This document shows, piece after piece, positions 47,001-62,000 of a DNA stretch of 64,000 bases. This DNA comes from Phoronis australis. Its lineage: Eukaryota > Animalia > Phoronida. The position numbers were made by a program, and so were the translations under genes. The notes beneath the pieces are model-generated. The model searched no databases and was not told the DNA's origin. It saw only the letters and a list, made by a program, of their open reading frames with translations. The stretch covers positions 1,071,092 through 1,135,091 of the forward strand of contig NMRA01000068.1 of assembly GCA_002633005.1 (NCBI GenBank), written 5' to 3'. Within the stretch, counting starts at the first letter, position 1. Every line of letters begins with the position of its first letter.

Positions 47001-50000
47001 GTAAAGGTTACAAAGCCAATGTTAGCGTAACTTCCTCGGAGTGCCAGTTTACTTAACGCTTTTGTTAATGTGTTAATGCTCGTTTAGCAAATAGGTACTA
47101 ACACAACGACTGGACCTTGGCCCCTAACTCTCGCAGTTCATTGCTATGCTACCAGTTGTGTTTTGTTACATAATTTAACAGTGTTTTTGTGGGCTTTGAG
47201 GGATTACCAAACCCAACAGAATAAACGAAACAGTTCGTAACAGAGGTCTTTTTAAGTAGAAGTAGACAAAGTCCCTTGTCATAACTTGACAGTGACAATT
47301 TGTTATTTTTAATAAACCAGCCTTAAACAAACTCTGCTACTGCTTCAACACTTGCTCCCAGTGGTTACTACACTACACTACACTACTGTTTTCAGTTCCT
47401 TTATGACTTGAGCTAATCTTTCTTTTGTAAGTTGGTAAGTGTCTCAAATGACAATTCATGTTGAAAACAGGGTTAATCTACATGGGACTGTGTTTGCCCT
47501 TAGATTAAAGTTAGTATTTCAAACATAATAGTACCTTTTGACCCTGACATAAAAGGTGCAGTGAAACACTAACAGTTTTTGTACATACATGTGTAGTTGT
47601 ACTAAATCTTGTTGAGAGCCCAGTGCTGGACTGTAGCCTCCATCACGTTTGTACATCTACAAACTGTAATAAAGTACTTTCTGATAATAGAAATTCGTGA
47701 AATTTGATTGGTGACTTTTGTAACAATCTGCAAGTAATTGACATATGACCTCAACTTTTTAATAAAATTTAGTTGAAAAAGATAGTTACATACATTCGCA
47801 GCAGGCCAGCATTATCAATAAAATGGCCAAATTTCACTTTATTTAACCGTTCAAGATGAAATCTTACAAAATGCTTTTAGTTTTCTAAATTATCATTTCA
47901 TTTCCTTTCACGAAACTTTCTATTTTTTCATATTTCATAGAATAGTGCATAGTATCCGATTATCCATTTCTGAGGTACAAATTGGTTTTCCAAAGGTGAA
48001 GTGCATCTGTCTAACTCTCCATTTGGAAATGGTGGATGTGTCTTCCACAGTCATTTACTTCTCTTTACCACACACTGTTGGATCACCACATCACATACTG
48101 TCAAAGTTGAGTCAACATGCAGTGTTGTTGGACTAGTTCACATCAGACAATGTCTTTTGTCTGGCAACTGGTAATGACAGACTGGTTGTATGGTAAAAGG
48201 TGTGAACAGTAGGTTGACCTCTGTGAAAGTAATATGAACCTATTTGTACACTTTTGACTTATAGTAGTTGCAACTAACACCCCAGACTGTTGCACCGTGG
48301 GAACAAATGGTTTACAAAATGAACACCAAGCAACTGCAAAGGACATTACCCTTTTATATATTTGTATATTTACTGATGTAAATGTTTAAATACTACCATA
48401 CATGGACATATTCAGGTTCTTGAAGAAATCTTGTAGATTTCATGTTGAATTAAATGACGGAAGTTATGGGAACATTATTTCACTCCTTTCACCCTTCATT
48501 TGCTGTGGTTCATATATAGTGAGACATTTATCTCAAAGACTCAAAATTCGCTGTCCATTTGTGGATTTAGCCCAGACTCCAAACTCACTCTCTATCTGTG
48601 GCAATGTACAAGGTTCCAGGGTATTTTTTGTTCAGTCAATTCTATATTATCATTTCCTCATACTTTCCCCGTGATAGAGAATTGACGGATCCAATTTGTA
48701 GATTAGTGTAAACTATCTTCCGTATGCATCATTTGATATACTCATTTTCTCCTGTTCTACTAAACACTAGCTTGAAGGAATACACCAGAACTTTCTGTTT
48801 TGTAAGTTTGTTGATAATTTTTACCTGAATGTTTAAAAATCATGTCATGACAGAATTTGAGCTATAGCGATTGTTCTCCCTGTTTGTAAACATCAAAAAA
48901 CACCACAAAGATCAGTTCTGGTCAATAATTCTTGGGTAACTTCAATATGTGTGTCACAAGGAAGGCTGGAGTGAGTTCATATCAGCAATGTCACAGCTGA
49001 TATCAGACATGTCTGCATTTAGTACAATGTAAACACACCTTATTGAGCTCTTATCTGGGTCTTTGCCTTAGTACCCTTTCATGCTGTCCTAGACTATTGG
49101 TATCTATGCAACCTGTGTACCTCCAGCTGTAGTAGTCAAGTCACAAGGGACATGTACACTGAGCCTGGCTTCATCTCAGTCCATAATTTTCTATAATATG
49201 TGAAGGTGATCATAATCTAATTATAGTCCTCGATTCGCATCTTTTGCAGAAATAGGTGGTAATTTTTCAGTGGAGAAAACACTGACATTATAGCCTGACA
49301 AATGATAATTATGATTTCCGTGAAAGGGCCATATTGGCTAGTAGCCAGAGCTCTTGCATTTGTGTCATCACCACTGGATAATGGATCTGCGTGTTCATTC
49401 TCTGCAACTGCAAGAATTTGATGCACACATTGTTAATAGCAGGTCTCTTTCCACTTGTGTGCCGTTTGAAGTGTATGGTGAAGTTCCAAAAGTGTTAGCG
49501 AAAACCCTTGCAGTTTCGNGGGGGGGGGGGGTAACTCAAGCACCTTCAACAAACTGTCATGAAAACTGTTCTTTGCAGTCATTGACATTTACTCGAATTT
49601 TTGCTTGTAGCAAAAGTGCTTATAAAAAACAGTAGCATTTNAACACCACAAGGATCAGTTCTGGTCAATAATTCTTGGGTAACTTCAATATGTGTGTCAC
49701 AAGGAAGGCTGGAGTGAGTTCATATCAGCAATGTCACAGCTGATATCAGACATGTCTGCATTTAGTATAATGTAAACACACCTTATTGAGCTCTTATCTG
49801 GGTCTTTGCCTTAGTACCCTTTCATGCTGTCCTAGACTATTGGTATCTATGCAACCTGTGTACCTCCAGCTGTAGTAGTCAAGTCACAAGGGACATGTAC
49901 ACTGAGCCTGGCTTCATCTCAGTCCATAATTTTCTATAATATGTGAAGGTGATCATAATCTAATTATAGTCCTCGATTCGCATCTTTTGCAGAAATAGGT

Positions 50001-53000
50001 GGTAATTTTTCAGTGGAGAAAACACTGACATTATAGCCTGATAAATGATAATTATGATTTCCGTGAAAGGGCCATATTGGCTAGTAGCCAGAGCTCTTGC
50101 ATTTGTGTCATCACCACTGGATAATGGATCTGCGTGTTCAGTCTCTGCAACTGCAAGAATTTGATGCACACATTGTTAATAGCAGGTCTCTTTCCACTTG
50201 TGTGCCATTTGAAGTGTATGGTGAAGTTCCAAAAGTGTTAGCGAANGGGGGTGGGGGGGGGGGGGGTAACTCAAGCACCTTCAACAAACTGTCATGAAAA
50301 CTGTTCTTTGCAGTCATTGACATTTACTGGAATTTTTGCTTGTAGCAAAAGTGCTTGTAAAAAACAGTAGCATTTTAGCCAGTTCATGAAGGGTATATTG
50401 ACAAGGCATGTGATTTATAGTCATCATTTAAGTACTGGATATAATGTGCATCATTTAATGTGCATTATGATACAAGTGGCCTAGTAGTTGTGTTTGGTTT
50501 TTATTATTTCCAGGCAGACATGTGTACATAACTTTATTACAAATGTCTGCAGCTGTAATGTCATGGCCCAGTCATTCCTCCACACAAGTAGTAGTTAAAT
50601 GGTTTCAGATCTTGTGTATTACACTTTGCTAATTGAGCATATCTGTGCCTTAATCTTAAGTCTCTATTACATAACTCAAGTGTGTATTACATATCCAATA
50701 AAGCATGTGTGCTTGCCTACATTGTCCTGATATCCCCAGAGGATACACTAGAGGCTGCTGCTTGGTGGTTGAATGTTGTAGCTAGCATATTCAATTGGCA
50801 GATATTTTTGACACTCAGTTTGTCTGTAGGCTGTTTTCTCTATAATTATGTCCAGTCTGACTTGTCAAGGTTAGCTGGTCTTGGATAGGACGAGTTTGAC
50901 TTTTAAGTGTCTGTGGATGGGGGCGTGGGGTCCAGGGATGCATATGCTGCGCCCTGTCTGTCACAGCTCTTTGCAATCACTTCAAAGTGTATATTAACCG
51001 AGTTCCAACGTTAATGATTTCTCAAAATTAGAGTTTTTTAACTCTATTATTAATGCATAGGGCCTACTATGGCAGTGTTTCCAAGTCAACATTTATAGGC
51101 TGCACAGTGACCCAAATCAATGTGACGTAGATTCGACATCAACTGTCACCAGGACATAGTGTTCATCTAATTGTAGACTTCAGACCCTCAGGTGAAGTCA
51201 CCTATTAACCTAGATAACCAAGTGGTGTAGTGTTGACATCTGAGCCTGATCTGTGTGTCTGCTGTCTGGTCACACACCTGGCCAAGTCTGAGGTGTTTAG
51301 TTCAGGTTGTAGGTGATTCACAACTTTGCCTCGTTTCAAACAGATTTGACTTACGCTGTGCCCCCTAGTGGCCTTTTTACTTTATATATTGTGTGGTACT
51401 ACGTAATATACACCCCTACAAACAATGTGCAGTGCTGTTGTGGGTGCATTGCAATGCTTTGGCTTGCTCTTGTTGTCATTGGTGTCAAGGTTTGCTTCCT
51501 CCAATACTGTGAATCCCCCCTCCTCTGTTATGTGTCCAGGCACACACTTATCCCTAAAGCCTTGCTTCTGTGATGAAAATAGACTGAATTTGAACTTCTC
51601 CTTCAGAATACATGTTTGTTGATTATTGTATAACTAGGGCTGGGCAGTGCTCATTATTTACTCGTTTTTAATCCATTGAGACTTGTTGTGAAATTGGTTT
51701 TTGAAATGAGAGATCTTGTCTGCAAATGCTTATTTTTTATTGGCAAATGATTGTTGTGGCAGCTTAGCTGGCAAGGTCTTCCTAATTACGTGGCGACTTA
51801 GTTTTTATAATTAACATCTTTAGTCTTTATCACAACACTCAACAGTACTGTTCTGGACATTCTTTAGTTCCAGCCACACACAACCTACCCTAGAACAACT
51901 TGCACTGGTGCAACTCACCCCAGTGTAAGTGGAACGTCCACACACACACACATATCCAATAACTAGGGTAAGGCAGAAGTTGTCGCTCTGCGCGTGTACT
52001 CCGCGCAAAAGAAAATCCGTATGTATATGTTACTGCACCTGATTATTACTTCTGCCCTATACCACTTTTGCAGCCACACAGCCATTTCATGTGATGCAAG
52101 TTACTTTAGAACAAGTAATCCCATCTCCATAATGACCAGTAAGTTGTCACAAGTGGAGTTAGTTGTACCAGTATAATGGCAGTCTCCACAGCCTCCCATC
52201 CTAGTAACAATTGTTTCCAGGAGTAACTTGTTTTAGGCTAAGTCTGTGTGGATGGCACTATTGTGATAAACCAGTTGAAGGTTTTCTGTAAAAATGGTGC
52301 ATCTCAAACAAGGAGTATCATGTGTGCTGTTTATTTGTATAACACTTAAGGCAAACTGTTCATTTCATTACAACACAGCATGCTTTGATCAATCTCAACA
52401 TAGTCCTTTGGGCATTTCCAAAGTTCTTGTGCACACTCTGATTAGTCATAGTCAAGACTTTGTAATAGACTGTCCTGAATGTATAATCTACTAACCAGTT
52501 CCTGTAAACAGGTATTTATTTGACTTTTTAAGCAAAAAAGTGTTTTGTGACCTGTGGAGCATTCTGATTTTGATCTAATTTTCAATTGCCTTCAATGGAG
52601 AAGTCAAATGTGCCTTTTGAAGCACTGTCTACAACATACAAATGTATCAATGAGTTAAGCTCCTTAAATGTAGACACTGTCTGTCGTAACAAACATTATA
52701 AGAAAACTTTACCTAGTAAGAATAATAACACTTTGTTTTTGTATACCTGACATCAATAAACTTGTGGTGACAGGTAAGGCTTGTTGGGATTAGAAACAAA
52801 GTTGTCTTGACTGAGGTTTGGGTGGACCAGAACTACTCATGTTCCTTGACCAGCAGTTGCCAGTCCGTGGTCTTCCATATTATGATCATGTAATAGAAAA
52901 CACTCTCCGTACAACTCTTAAGCATTGTAAGAGCATAAAAGCTTTTTTCCAGGTGTGCATTAAGGAATATGATACTAACTTAGCTTCTGTATGAGCGGAG

Positions 53001-56000
53001 CGTCGATGCAGACTCCGAAGTTAATTGAAACGTTCATTTCAACTTGGGTAGTTAATGGCATCGAAGTAAACGGTATGTGACGCTGTCCTCGTTGAAGTTA
53101 TCATAGGGTATCACTGACGCATCCCGTGCGTGCAAAGATTTTTTTAATGTGACAGTTCGAGAACATTTACGTGTGCTACTAGTTAACATAGAACCTATTT
53201 CTAATTGGATTGGTTATTATTCAGTGAAATATGAGCAACTATTAGTGACAACATTGCTCTTAAATTGTTGACAATAGCAGCAGCCCCTGGCGATAACTTC
53301 CATGAGACTGGAGTTGACCGTTCATACCGCACCACAGCGTCGATGCTCCACTGTTAAATCCACCTGTTTACTGCGAAGTTAACTGGCACTGTTATCTTTG
53401 ATCCAGGACCGAAGTTAACCATTCATACTGACCGCAACTCCTCAAAACATTGACGTGTCGACGCTTGTATGAAAGGGCCTTTAGATGGTCTAAATTGATG
53501 GGCAAATTGGAATTTCTTTCACTGAGGATATTTTGATATGATGGAATTTTTGGGTTAAAGCAACTATTAAGCCTACCTTCCATGACAAAAAACTTTTGCT
53601 GTAGACCACTTACCATTATGGAATTGGCCTCAAATTGTTCTTTAGACAAATTGGAGGTGATTTCTGGGCTTCAAATGAGCTGACAGTTCGTTATTTTTTC
53701 TAAACAAGCTCATAAAATATCAGGTCATATGAGCTTGGTATGAAGAAACAAACTGTCGATTCTTCCGAAGTACAGAGAGCATTTCTATACTGAGTAACGA
53801 ACAAGATAAAAAATTACAGCAATTGCATAAATCAAAACTTTTTTTATGGAAAACATGGACTTAATGTCAGGTTGGTTAATATATGAATATATGTTTATAA
53901 CTGGCTTAAATAAACCTTTTTGAAAAAAGCAGGTTTAATGCCAGTTTGATCATTAGAACATACCTATGACATTGACACTTTACAGCATGATGGTGGAACA
54001 GAATATTTTGAAAATGCTGGGAAATCCCACTACATTAAATTTACATTATACACAAATTCAGGAGACTATCTCCAACTGCCCTATCGCCATCTAGTGACCA
54101 GCCAGGCAAAGCATATTTTATCATGCATTGGGAAAATAGCAATTAACACGTTCTTTATTGACGTCTTGGTTCAAAGTTGGTTTCAACCTTGCATGGATGA
54201 CTGCAAGTCTGTTGATCTAATCAAATTAGTGTCTTCTCAAGCACTAGCAGATGTAATTAGTTAGTGATAGAGATGTCTTATCCAACTGAAAATCTGTTTC
54301 TGGGGAGCTTTGCATTTCACATTTCATGAAACTGGTAAAATCTCACCAATTTCGGATAAAATAATTGCCAAAATTGACCTTTTTGATGTTTTCAAAACCT
54401 AATGCTGTGAGAACCCACATTTTTTAGAAATATTGTCTGATAGTATGTAACTTGAAAATGGTAGAGCATTAGTTTGGTACTAATTTTGTATTTGAAAAAG
54501 TGGTAAATTTCACATTCCCTGCTTTATTGTTTTCTGAATTCTTGAGATTTTACTGCAAGACTGAGATCATTTTGAATTGATTTGGACATTAGGCAAAAAG
54601 CATAATTGGTGGGGTCTGTGTTTTTTTTTGTGTTTTTTGAATATCACGTAGGTGGTGCAGTATTTTCAGTAGCTCACTTTCTCAAAACAAAAGAAAATTC
54701 ATCTGAGATGAGCGAAAATGATGAAATGTCCTTTTTACTCATTGTTTGGCAAACCATGGCATTTGAAACCATGCTGTTGTTCCTTTATACAACTTTTCAA
54801 AAATAAACATGGAAGTGATAAGACGAGAAGTTTTTTGGTTGGTGAGTGCTGATCACAAAAGATGCCAGGTAGAGATCAGAACCAGCTATGTTTTTGGCCG
54901 TATCTCAAACTAAAATAAAGAAAAGATCACTGACAGAAATTTGATTACAGGTGCCTTTTGGGACTTTGATAAGATTTAGTGCCTTTGTGTGCAGGAATAT
55001 TTATGCTTGGATTTAACATTTTCAAGACTTGTTTGTTATTGTTAAACAGGCATAAACTATGCGTACCTGAAAAAAGGTGATGTTAAATTTCTTCTGTTTT
55101 CAAAATATGCTCAGTTTTGTGTACACTAACAGCTTCTGGAGAATGTGGAGGTTAGCTTGGCAGTAAATGTTTTTCTTGTGGTCTTCACACTGGTTAGACA
55201 CGAACAAATTGTTTGGATGGGTGTTAGGTCTAAATGTGAAGATCAATATGGTGGATCCATCTTGTTATATCTAAATGGGAACATATAATATTGTGTATAC
55301 CCATGAGAACAAATTGTGTGTGGGGGAGGGGGAGGGGGGGTCATGTTAGCTTAAAATGTGACATGTCTGGGTCCACTTTAGGTCTTAATGGGTTGCATTC
55401 TTACTGTCTCTAAATATGAATGCATTAATGATTGCTGGGTCTAAATATGAATGTATGTCGTGTTATGGTTAGGTCTTATTCTTCATTCCTCATGTCTTCT
55501 AATTGCTCAGCAGCTTCACACTAAGTAAACTACTTTTGCCTGGTAACTGGGGTATGGACATAAATAGCCTGACATTGATCATAGACAGTGTGTGAAAATT
55601 TATGTCCTGATCTGATTGTTGAAGAGTTTACCTGCTTGTAATGCTTAAATACAGATCTATTCCAGCTGCAGTATATTCAGTCCTTACATGAGACATTCAT
55701 ACAACATTCCTGTTGGTCACCACACTTTCAACTGTTGTATTCTCATATCTGTTGTTGTGCTAGTCTGTTATCTCTTTGTTCTCTATATACCACAACTGTT
55801 TGCTGTTGAACAAAGTAGATGTTTGACAACTCATATATGGAGGTAACTGGTCCACTCACAAGATGTTTGCTTCTACAGCTGGCTGTATACACTGGTCAAT
55901 TGATTCAAGCTTATCCAATAAGAATATAGTAACCTAAAGTAAACTATTTGAACTCAGTGGGAATGCACAACAAAGTAATGAAATAGGATATCTGAGGATG

Positions 56001-59000
56001 CAATGTTTTGACAGATCCAGAATAATATAGTATGTGATAAGCAGACATGACAACAGCCCATTGGTACATGGGAAAGCTATTCCATAGGTTAGCACCATGA
56101 CCCATTATAGATTTTGAGAATTTAATTCCAACCCAATGCTTGATTTGGCAACCTGCAGGTCACCAATGTGTCAATGCGACCTCAAATTGTGTTTGGCGAC
56201 TTGGGAAAAGCCCCAATGTCACAAAGTCAGAAAATGATTAGCCCGAAACTTGTTTCAAAGTTTGTGTTGACTTACAAACTTTAAATTACTAATAGTTTTC
56301 TTAGATTTAATACCTTTGGTTCACAACTGTTCCGTTTATTTTGTGAAATCAGTGCATTTACCACCTCAGCAGTCAGCACACATCAAGCCCACTTAAAAGG
56401 TTCCTGAAGTACAATAACATCCATTTTTAATGTAATTTAATTGATGAATTAAGTCTATATTGTAGGCGTCCTCAGCTGATCGTCCCCAATACACTGCATA
56501 TAATACTACAAGGTATGACACTCGGGACTAGAAATTCCATGGGTTCATCGATTCAGCCGTCCATATCAAACACATATTTCAATAAATTTACACAAAACAG
56601 GGGTTCAACAAACCATGAGAAATTGTTCTTTCTTATCATACCATTCACGGTGTCCTGCTCCAGTGAGTTCGCAAGAAATTCGCTGTCAAAGCACAAAAAT
56701 GTTCCCAGAAAGCCCAAACACACTTTGCACTTTATTGGTTCGAGGTCAAGGATGGTATGGAAATTGCCTGTTTGTCGCGTAAAGTCACGATGTTGATAAC
56801 ACCGTCCATCCGTAATTCATCTGTAATTTCCGTACCGGTCTCTCCACAAATTGCAACAACAAAACATGTTCTGTATTTGAGGTATCACTGTGCAGTACCA
56901 AGTGTTGGTCTATAGCTTGAGGTCTATTGTGTTTACTGTTCCTACACAAGGTGGGGCAGTAGTGCTTAGTTTTCCAATTTTTGCTTTGCGGACCTCTAGC
57001 GCTTGTCCACTGAACAATTATTCTGAAATTTTGTTTGTGGATAGATCTCATCAGGAGCTATCCGTTTCTTGCTACAACTTATGGTTCTTAGTAGACTTGA
57101 GACTTTCTGATAATTGATCATTCCTCACTTTCTTCTTCCTTTGACAAGTTGTAGGTTACAGATGTTTACTATATCTTGTCAACAGGTGAAGATCTGTGGT
57201 CTTTGGTTGAAATTATACACATGGTGGCGCTGTTGCAGCTATTTTTTATTTTTCTGTTCACCGAACCAAAAGTCTCACATTCTTTGGTCAATCTTTCTAA
57301 AACTTTGAGTGTGAATAGGTCTTTTCAAGGGGTATCAGGAATGGGCATCAGTTACTACTAACTACCATTTTGCTAATTATTCAAGGTGTGCAAATGACTG
57401 CTGTATCATTGACTAATTTTTATTGTATGGTTTACCATCGGCCAAACAATGCTATGTTAGTAAATCTTCATCTTCATCGTCACTGCCATAACCACCATGA
57501 TGACGACCACCATCACTAGCACCATCTCCACCACCATGACCACTTATGACGACGATCACCATCTCCACAACCATCAACTCCACCACCGCCTTCATTACAT
57601 TCAGCCATTATCATTTTAATTCAGTTTCACCAAATGTCATTCTCTAGAGTGTTTTCATAATTGTTTTTACAAAATGAAAGTACTCTTGAGAGCTCAATTA
57701 AAATTGAGGAAGGCCCTTGAATCAATACATTGATTATGTAAGTTAAGATATCCTTTTGCCTGGTTATGGATTGTACTATGTAATGAATGTGTTTCTGAGC
57801 TTGCTGTCTAGACCTGCTTGTTACTGTATACATAGTGTGGTCAGAACAAGCATGAACGTCTTGTGCCTCAGACACCCCACATCACCCCACATCACCCCCA
57901 CATTATCCCACATCACCCCAAATCACCCCTACTCCATCATGGCAGTTGTTTCAGTCACCCAAGTGGCTTTAATGTCAACTGACTGATGGTGAGCCACTAA
58001 CCATGTACCTGCTGTGCTCATCTGAGCAATAACAGTGGGGCTAACATCTGCTGTATTCAGTCTTTGAAACTGAACACTAATGATTTGGTCCCTCCCTGTG
58101 GAATCCATGTTTTACTAACATGTTGTTAGTCATTCTGCCTTGTAATTGTTTGACAAACAGAGATTTTGCATAGCTGCATACATATACAGAAAGGTCAGTT
58201 TGTGTGTTTCGTGGTTGTAAAGAAGAGTACAAAGATTGAGTGAAAAAGACTTGGGGAGACAAGTCTGCTTTATTGGTGTAGAGGGTGTAGCTGGGCTTAC
58301 AAGTCTGGGACGAGACTCACACCTGGCTAATATGGAAATATGCCACGTTTATGCCAAGAACTAGAATTTTGCTTCATAAAAGAGGGGTTAAATCATGACC
58401 CGTATTAATCCTTCATCAGGAAAAATCTACCCAAATTGTATTCTATCATCCTGCCAAGTGCCCACAGTTTTCCATTTGATGAACCCTTGAATCAGTTTGT
58501 TTTGTGTCATGTCCTGGGCTACATCTCCGTAATCCCTTGCATGATATTTGTGAAATGTGACAAGCTCTCTCCTGCAAATGTGACAACAAAAGACAAGGAC
58601 TTTCATGCTACATGCCCCTAGAGGCTATTTTAGTTTTTTTTGCGTTTTCTGCTCAGTATATTCAGAGTTCGTAATGACAAATTTTCTTGAAATTTGGAAA
58701 ATAGGTTCCCATTGAGGAGACGATAACAGCTATCTTCAAACTGATTAGACATCGATGTATTGTGTGCCACCTAATAGGCATCTGTATTATTTTTGAGTTT
58801 GCTTTTAGCATCAGCACCAATTCGTCAAACTGTTCAAAATATCATCAAGAAAATTGGTAGATGTTTTGTTTCCACAATGCTTAAGTTCTATGCAGAACAT
58901 TTTATGTAATGTAACTGAACTTTGAGTGTTTGAAAAAAATTAGGATTTATAACAATTTACCAATGCCACCGTGCCAGTAAGGGAATTCATTAGAAAGGTG

Positions 59001-62000
59001 GAGTGTTTAGAAAAGCATGCTTCTTGTTAACCTTGCACCAGAATTAGGCAAAATTAGCTCATGTTGCAAACACAGGTGAACACCTAGTAGTTGCTTGTTT
59101 TGTTTTACTATGGCTCATGTGTGACATTAAACATTTACAATGACAAGTCTTCACAAGCGGTTTTTGTTCAAAGCATTGTAGGGAGAGTAAGAACTTTAGA
59201 AATTCTCCAATTTAGGATTGTGAAAAATTAATTATTTTGCTCAAGGTCCAAGCTTGTCCCATATTCTAGAAATAACCGATATTGGTCGTCCCAATTTGAA
59301 GAATCGAAAGAAAGAAGGTAAAATTACGCACTGCGTGGATTGAAAATACATTGTTCGAAATTTGGGAAATATGGTGAATGCCAAAATCGCCCTTGTCTCA
59401 ATTTCCGGAATCAAGAAAAGTAAAATTTTCTGTGAGTTTCTGTGTCCCAAATTCTAGAGACTGTTCCAAATTGGAGAAAGTTTTCGTACTATTTTTGTGT
59501 TCAGTGATTAATGGTTGTTATGGAAACTAATCTTGAGATGTCTACTATATTTTGTTAGAGCAACTATAAACCTGCATTCCATCACAAAAATCAGTTTTTT
59601 ATTTAGACCACTTAGAGGTATGAAATTTGTTTCAAATTTCTCTGTTAAGTCAAAATTAGTCTGATTTCCAGTCTTGGATATCCATGACAGTCCGTTGTTG
59701 GTTGAGACCAAAATCTTCAAGTTGACATGTCACAGCATGACATTTCACTCCTCAGGAATAACAAACTGTGACTTTTTTGAAATACCAACGTCACTTCTCC
59801 AACAAACGAACGAGAATGTAAAGACCAATTTCATAGTGCTCACTGATCTAAAGAGAATTTTTTGTTGGGTTGCGTGTGATTTTGTTGCTGCTTTAACTTT
59901 CTGAAAATGCGTGGTTTGTTGGAAGAGTCGTGTTTTCTGCATCAATAAATTGATCCCTTGTGTGCTTTCTTTAGAGGTTGGATAAGCACACAGCCAATGA
60001 GTGAGATGAATCACAAAGACAGGCTATTTAATATCTGGCCATCCATCACCCACATATTGGTATGATAGTGGCAGGTCGTGAATCAAACCACTGACCCAAA
60101 GCATTTCACTGTGGATATTTTAAAAGCATCATTCTTTATACCTAAACAGATTGCTTTGTTAAATATCTTGATTACATTCACTAATGTACATCATGGCTGG
60201 TTATTCACACTTACCTCAAGTAGTTTTCACCAGTGGTAGTTGACTCTCGGTTGTGAGAGGCATGTAATCAAGCAGCATTATTGAATTTCTAACTGCCATT
60301 TGGAAGCATTAATCTGTGTTAAAGTGCCATATTTTTAAGCCAAACTCAAAGCACTGTAAAGATGTAAGGGCATTCACTCTATCAATAACTGACCCCCTTA
60401 AAGAAGTGAAGCCCAGTTTAAAACTGGTGCTGTTTTTGATGGTTGTTCTTGGTGTTATCTCATTTAGAGTGTAAAATTTTAGGATCCATCCTTCAATCAA
60501 TATTCAAATTGGTGTTAAATGTCAGACTTAATCCGCTGAAATAACAGACAATACATATATTGTAGGCCAGACTTTACTGTACTTATTAATAAAACAAATT
60601 TAAGTACCTCTGTCTAAGATTTGTCTCCATGGTTGTGTGTACAGAGATGATGCATATCCTAGACACAGTTCACAAGACACTGAACCCTATTGAAGACATT
60701 CTCAGCCTTTGAAGTGCTGTTGTCAACTGAATCACTTTAGACTCAAATAACTTTGATTAGGTAGAAATCCATGTGAAAACTTAGCTGTGACAGAAGGTAC
60801 TCCATGGCTGGATCAATAGCAGCAAACTGTAGTATGTTGAATTGTGAGCTGTTGACAAATCAGTGATTGATAATCATATTGGTCTAAGATTTATCATAAT
60901 TCCAGCCAATAATAAAGAGATTTTTGGAAAAAAATCTGAACAGCTTGAAATAAAACCCTAAAACCGCTGAACACCTGGAGATGTATTGTGCTAGTCTATC
61001 TAGTGTCTCAGGTCTGTGATCACTGTGTCTGGTCTATGAGCAACTTGTTCATTGTCCAACTAGTGATCATATTATCTGGTCTGTGAGCAACTTGTTCAAT
61101 GTCCAACTTGTGATCATATTATCTGGTCTGTGAGCAGCTTGTTCACTGTCCAACTTGTGATGGTACTGTCTGCTCTGTGAGCAGCTTGTTCACTGTCCAA
61201 CTTGTGATCGTACTGTCTGGTCTGTGAGCAACTTGTCCACTGTCAACTTATGACCATTCTATTTGGCCTGGGAAGCAGCCTGTTCACTGTCCAACTTTCA
61301 GTCATATTGCTTCCTTATCTTGCTCAAACTAAGGCTTTGTTTCTTTCCATGTTATTCAGGATGATTCTGTTGCAATGGTGTATGTGTAAAATAGTAAAAT
61401 CGATGCCTTTTACACCGAAAGCTTAAGAGTGAGGACAATTGTTAAATATCTTTTAGGTCTATACTTTCTCATGTCAGCAATCTGACTTATTGCTTTTGAG
61501 CCTTGAAGTTTTCATTAAAATTCCATGAAGGTGTGTAAACCTTTTGTCATTTGGAAGGGAGGAATGTGTCAACTTTGCCCCAGTTCCCATAGGGAAAAAA
61601 CTGACTGCGTTAGAGTTTTAGGTGCTAATTCATGAAATATTGTCAATTCTAACCAAACGATATTGTCCAAGTAATGATGCGATGTGGAATTTTTCGTTTT
61701 CATTCAGTTTACTTAATGTGACCATTTGAACTTTGCAGCTATTGATTAGTTACATGGCTTGTGGGCATTGTGAGCTCTAAAACATTATTTTCCAGGATGC
61801 ACTATATATAATAGTGACCATATCTGCCTATGGTGTGGAGTCATTAGTTGCACTAAGCCTTTAGAATAACAAATCCCTCTGAGCTGATCATAAGTGGCTA
61901 TTGATAGCTGGAGTTAAGTACAGCCTGGGGTACAATGTGTCTACCTGTATGAATACTTGGGCAGCCTTCCTGTGGAAATACAAGATCACCTAACAATCCA

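Noticed and set aside
49217-50323. Duplicated small ORFs (MHQILAVAE..., MHLCHHHW...) as tandem paralogues
   Set aside because: Intronic, no recognisable protein features, explained by the haplotype duplication.
57186-57290. Hydrophobic MVALLQLFFIFLF segment as the THSD1 signal exon
   Set aside because: No phase-1 donor found; 46943-47000 fits better.
60906-61011. Possible alternative THSD1 exon (MYCASLSSVSG) before the 46-bp minisatellite
   Set aside because: Phase-compatible but a weak donor (gtctgt) and no hydrophobic core; unsupported without RNA data.
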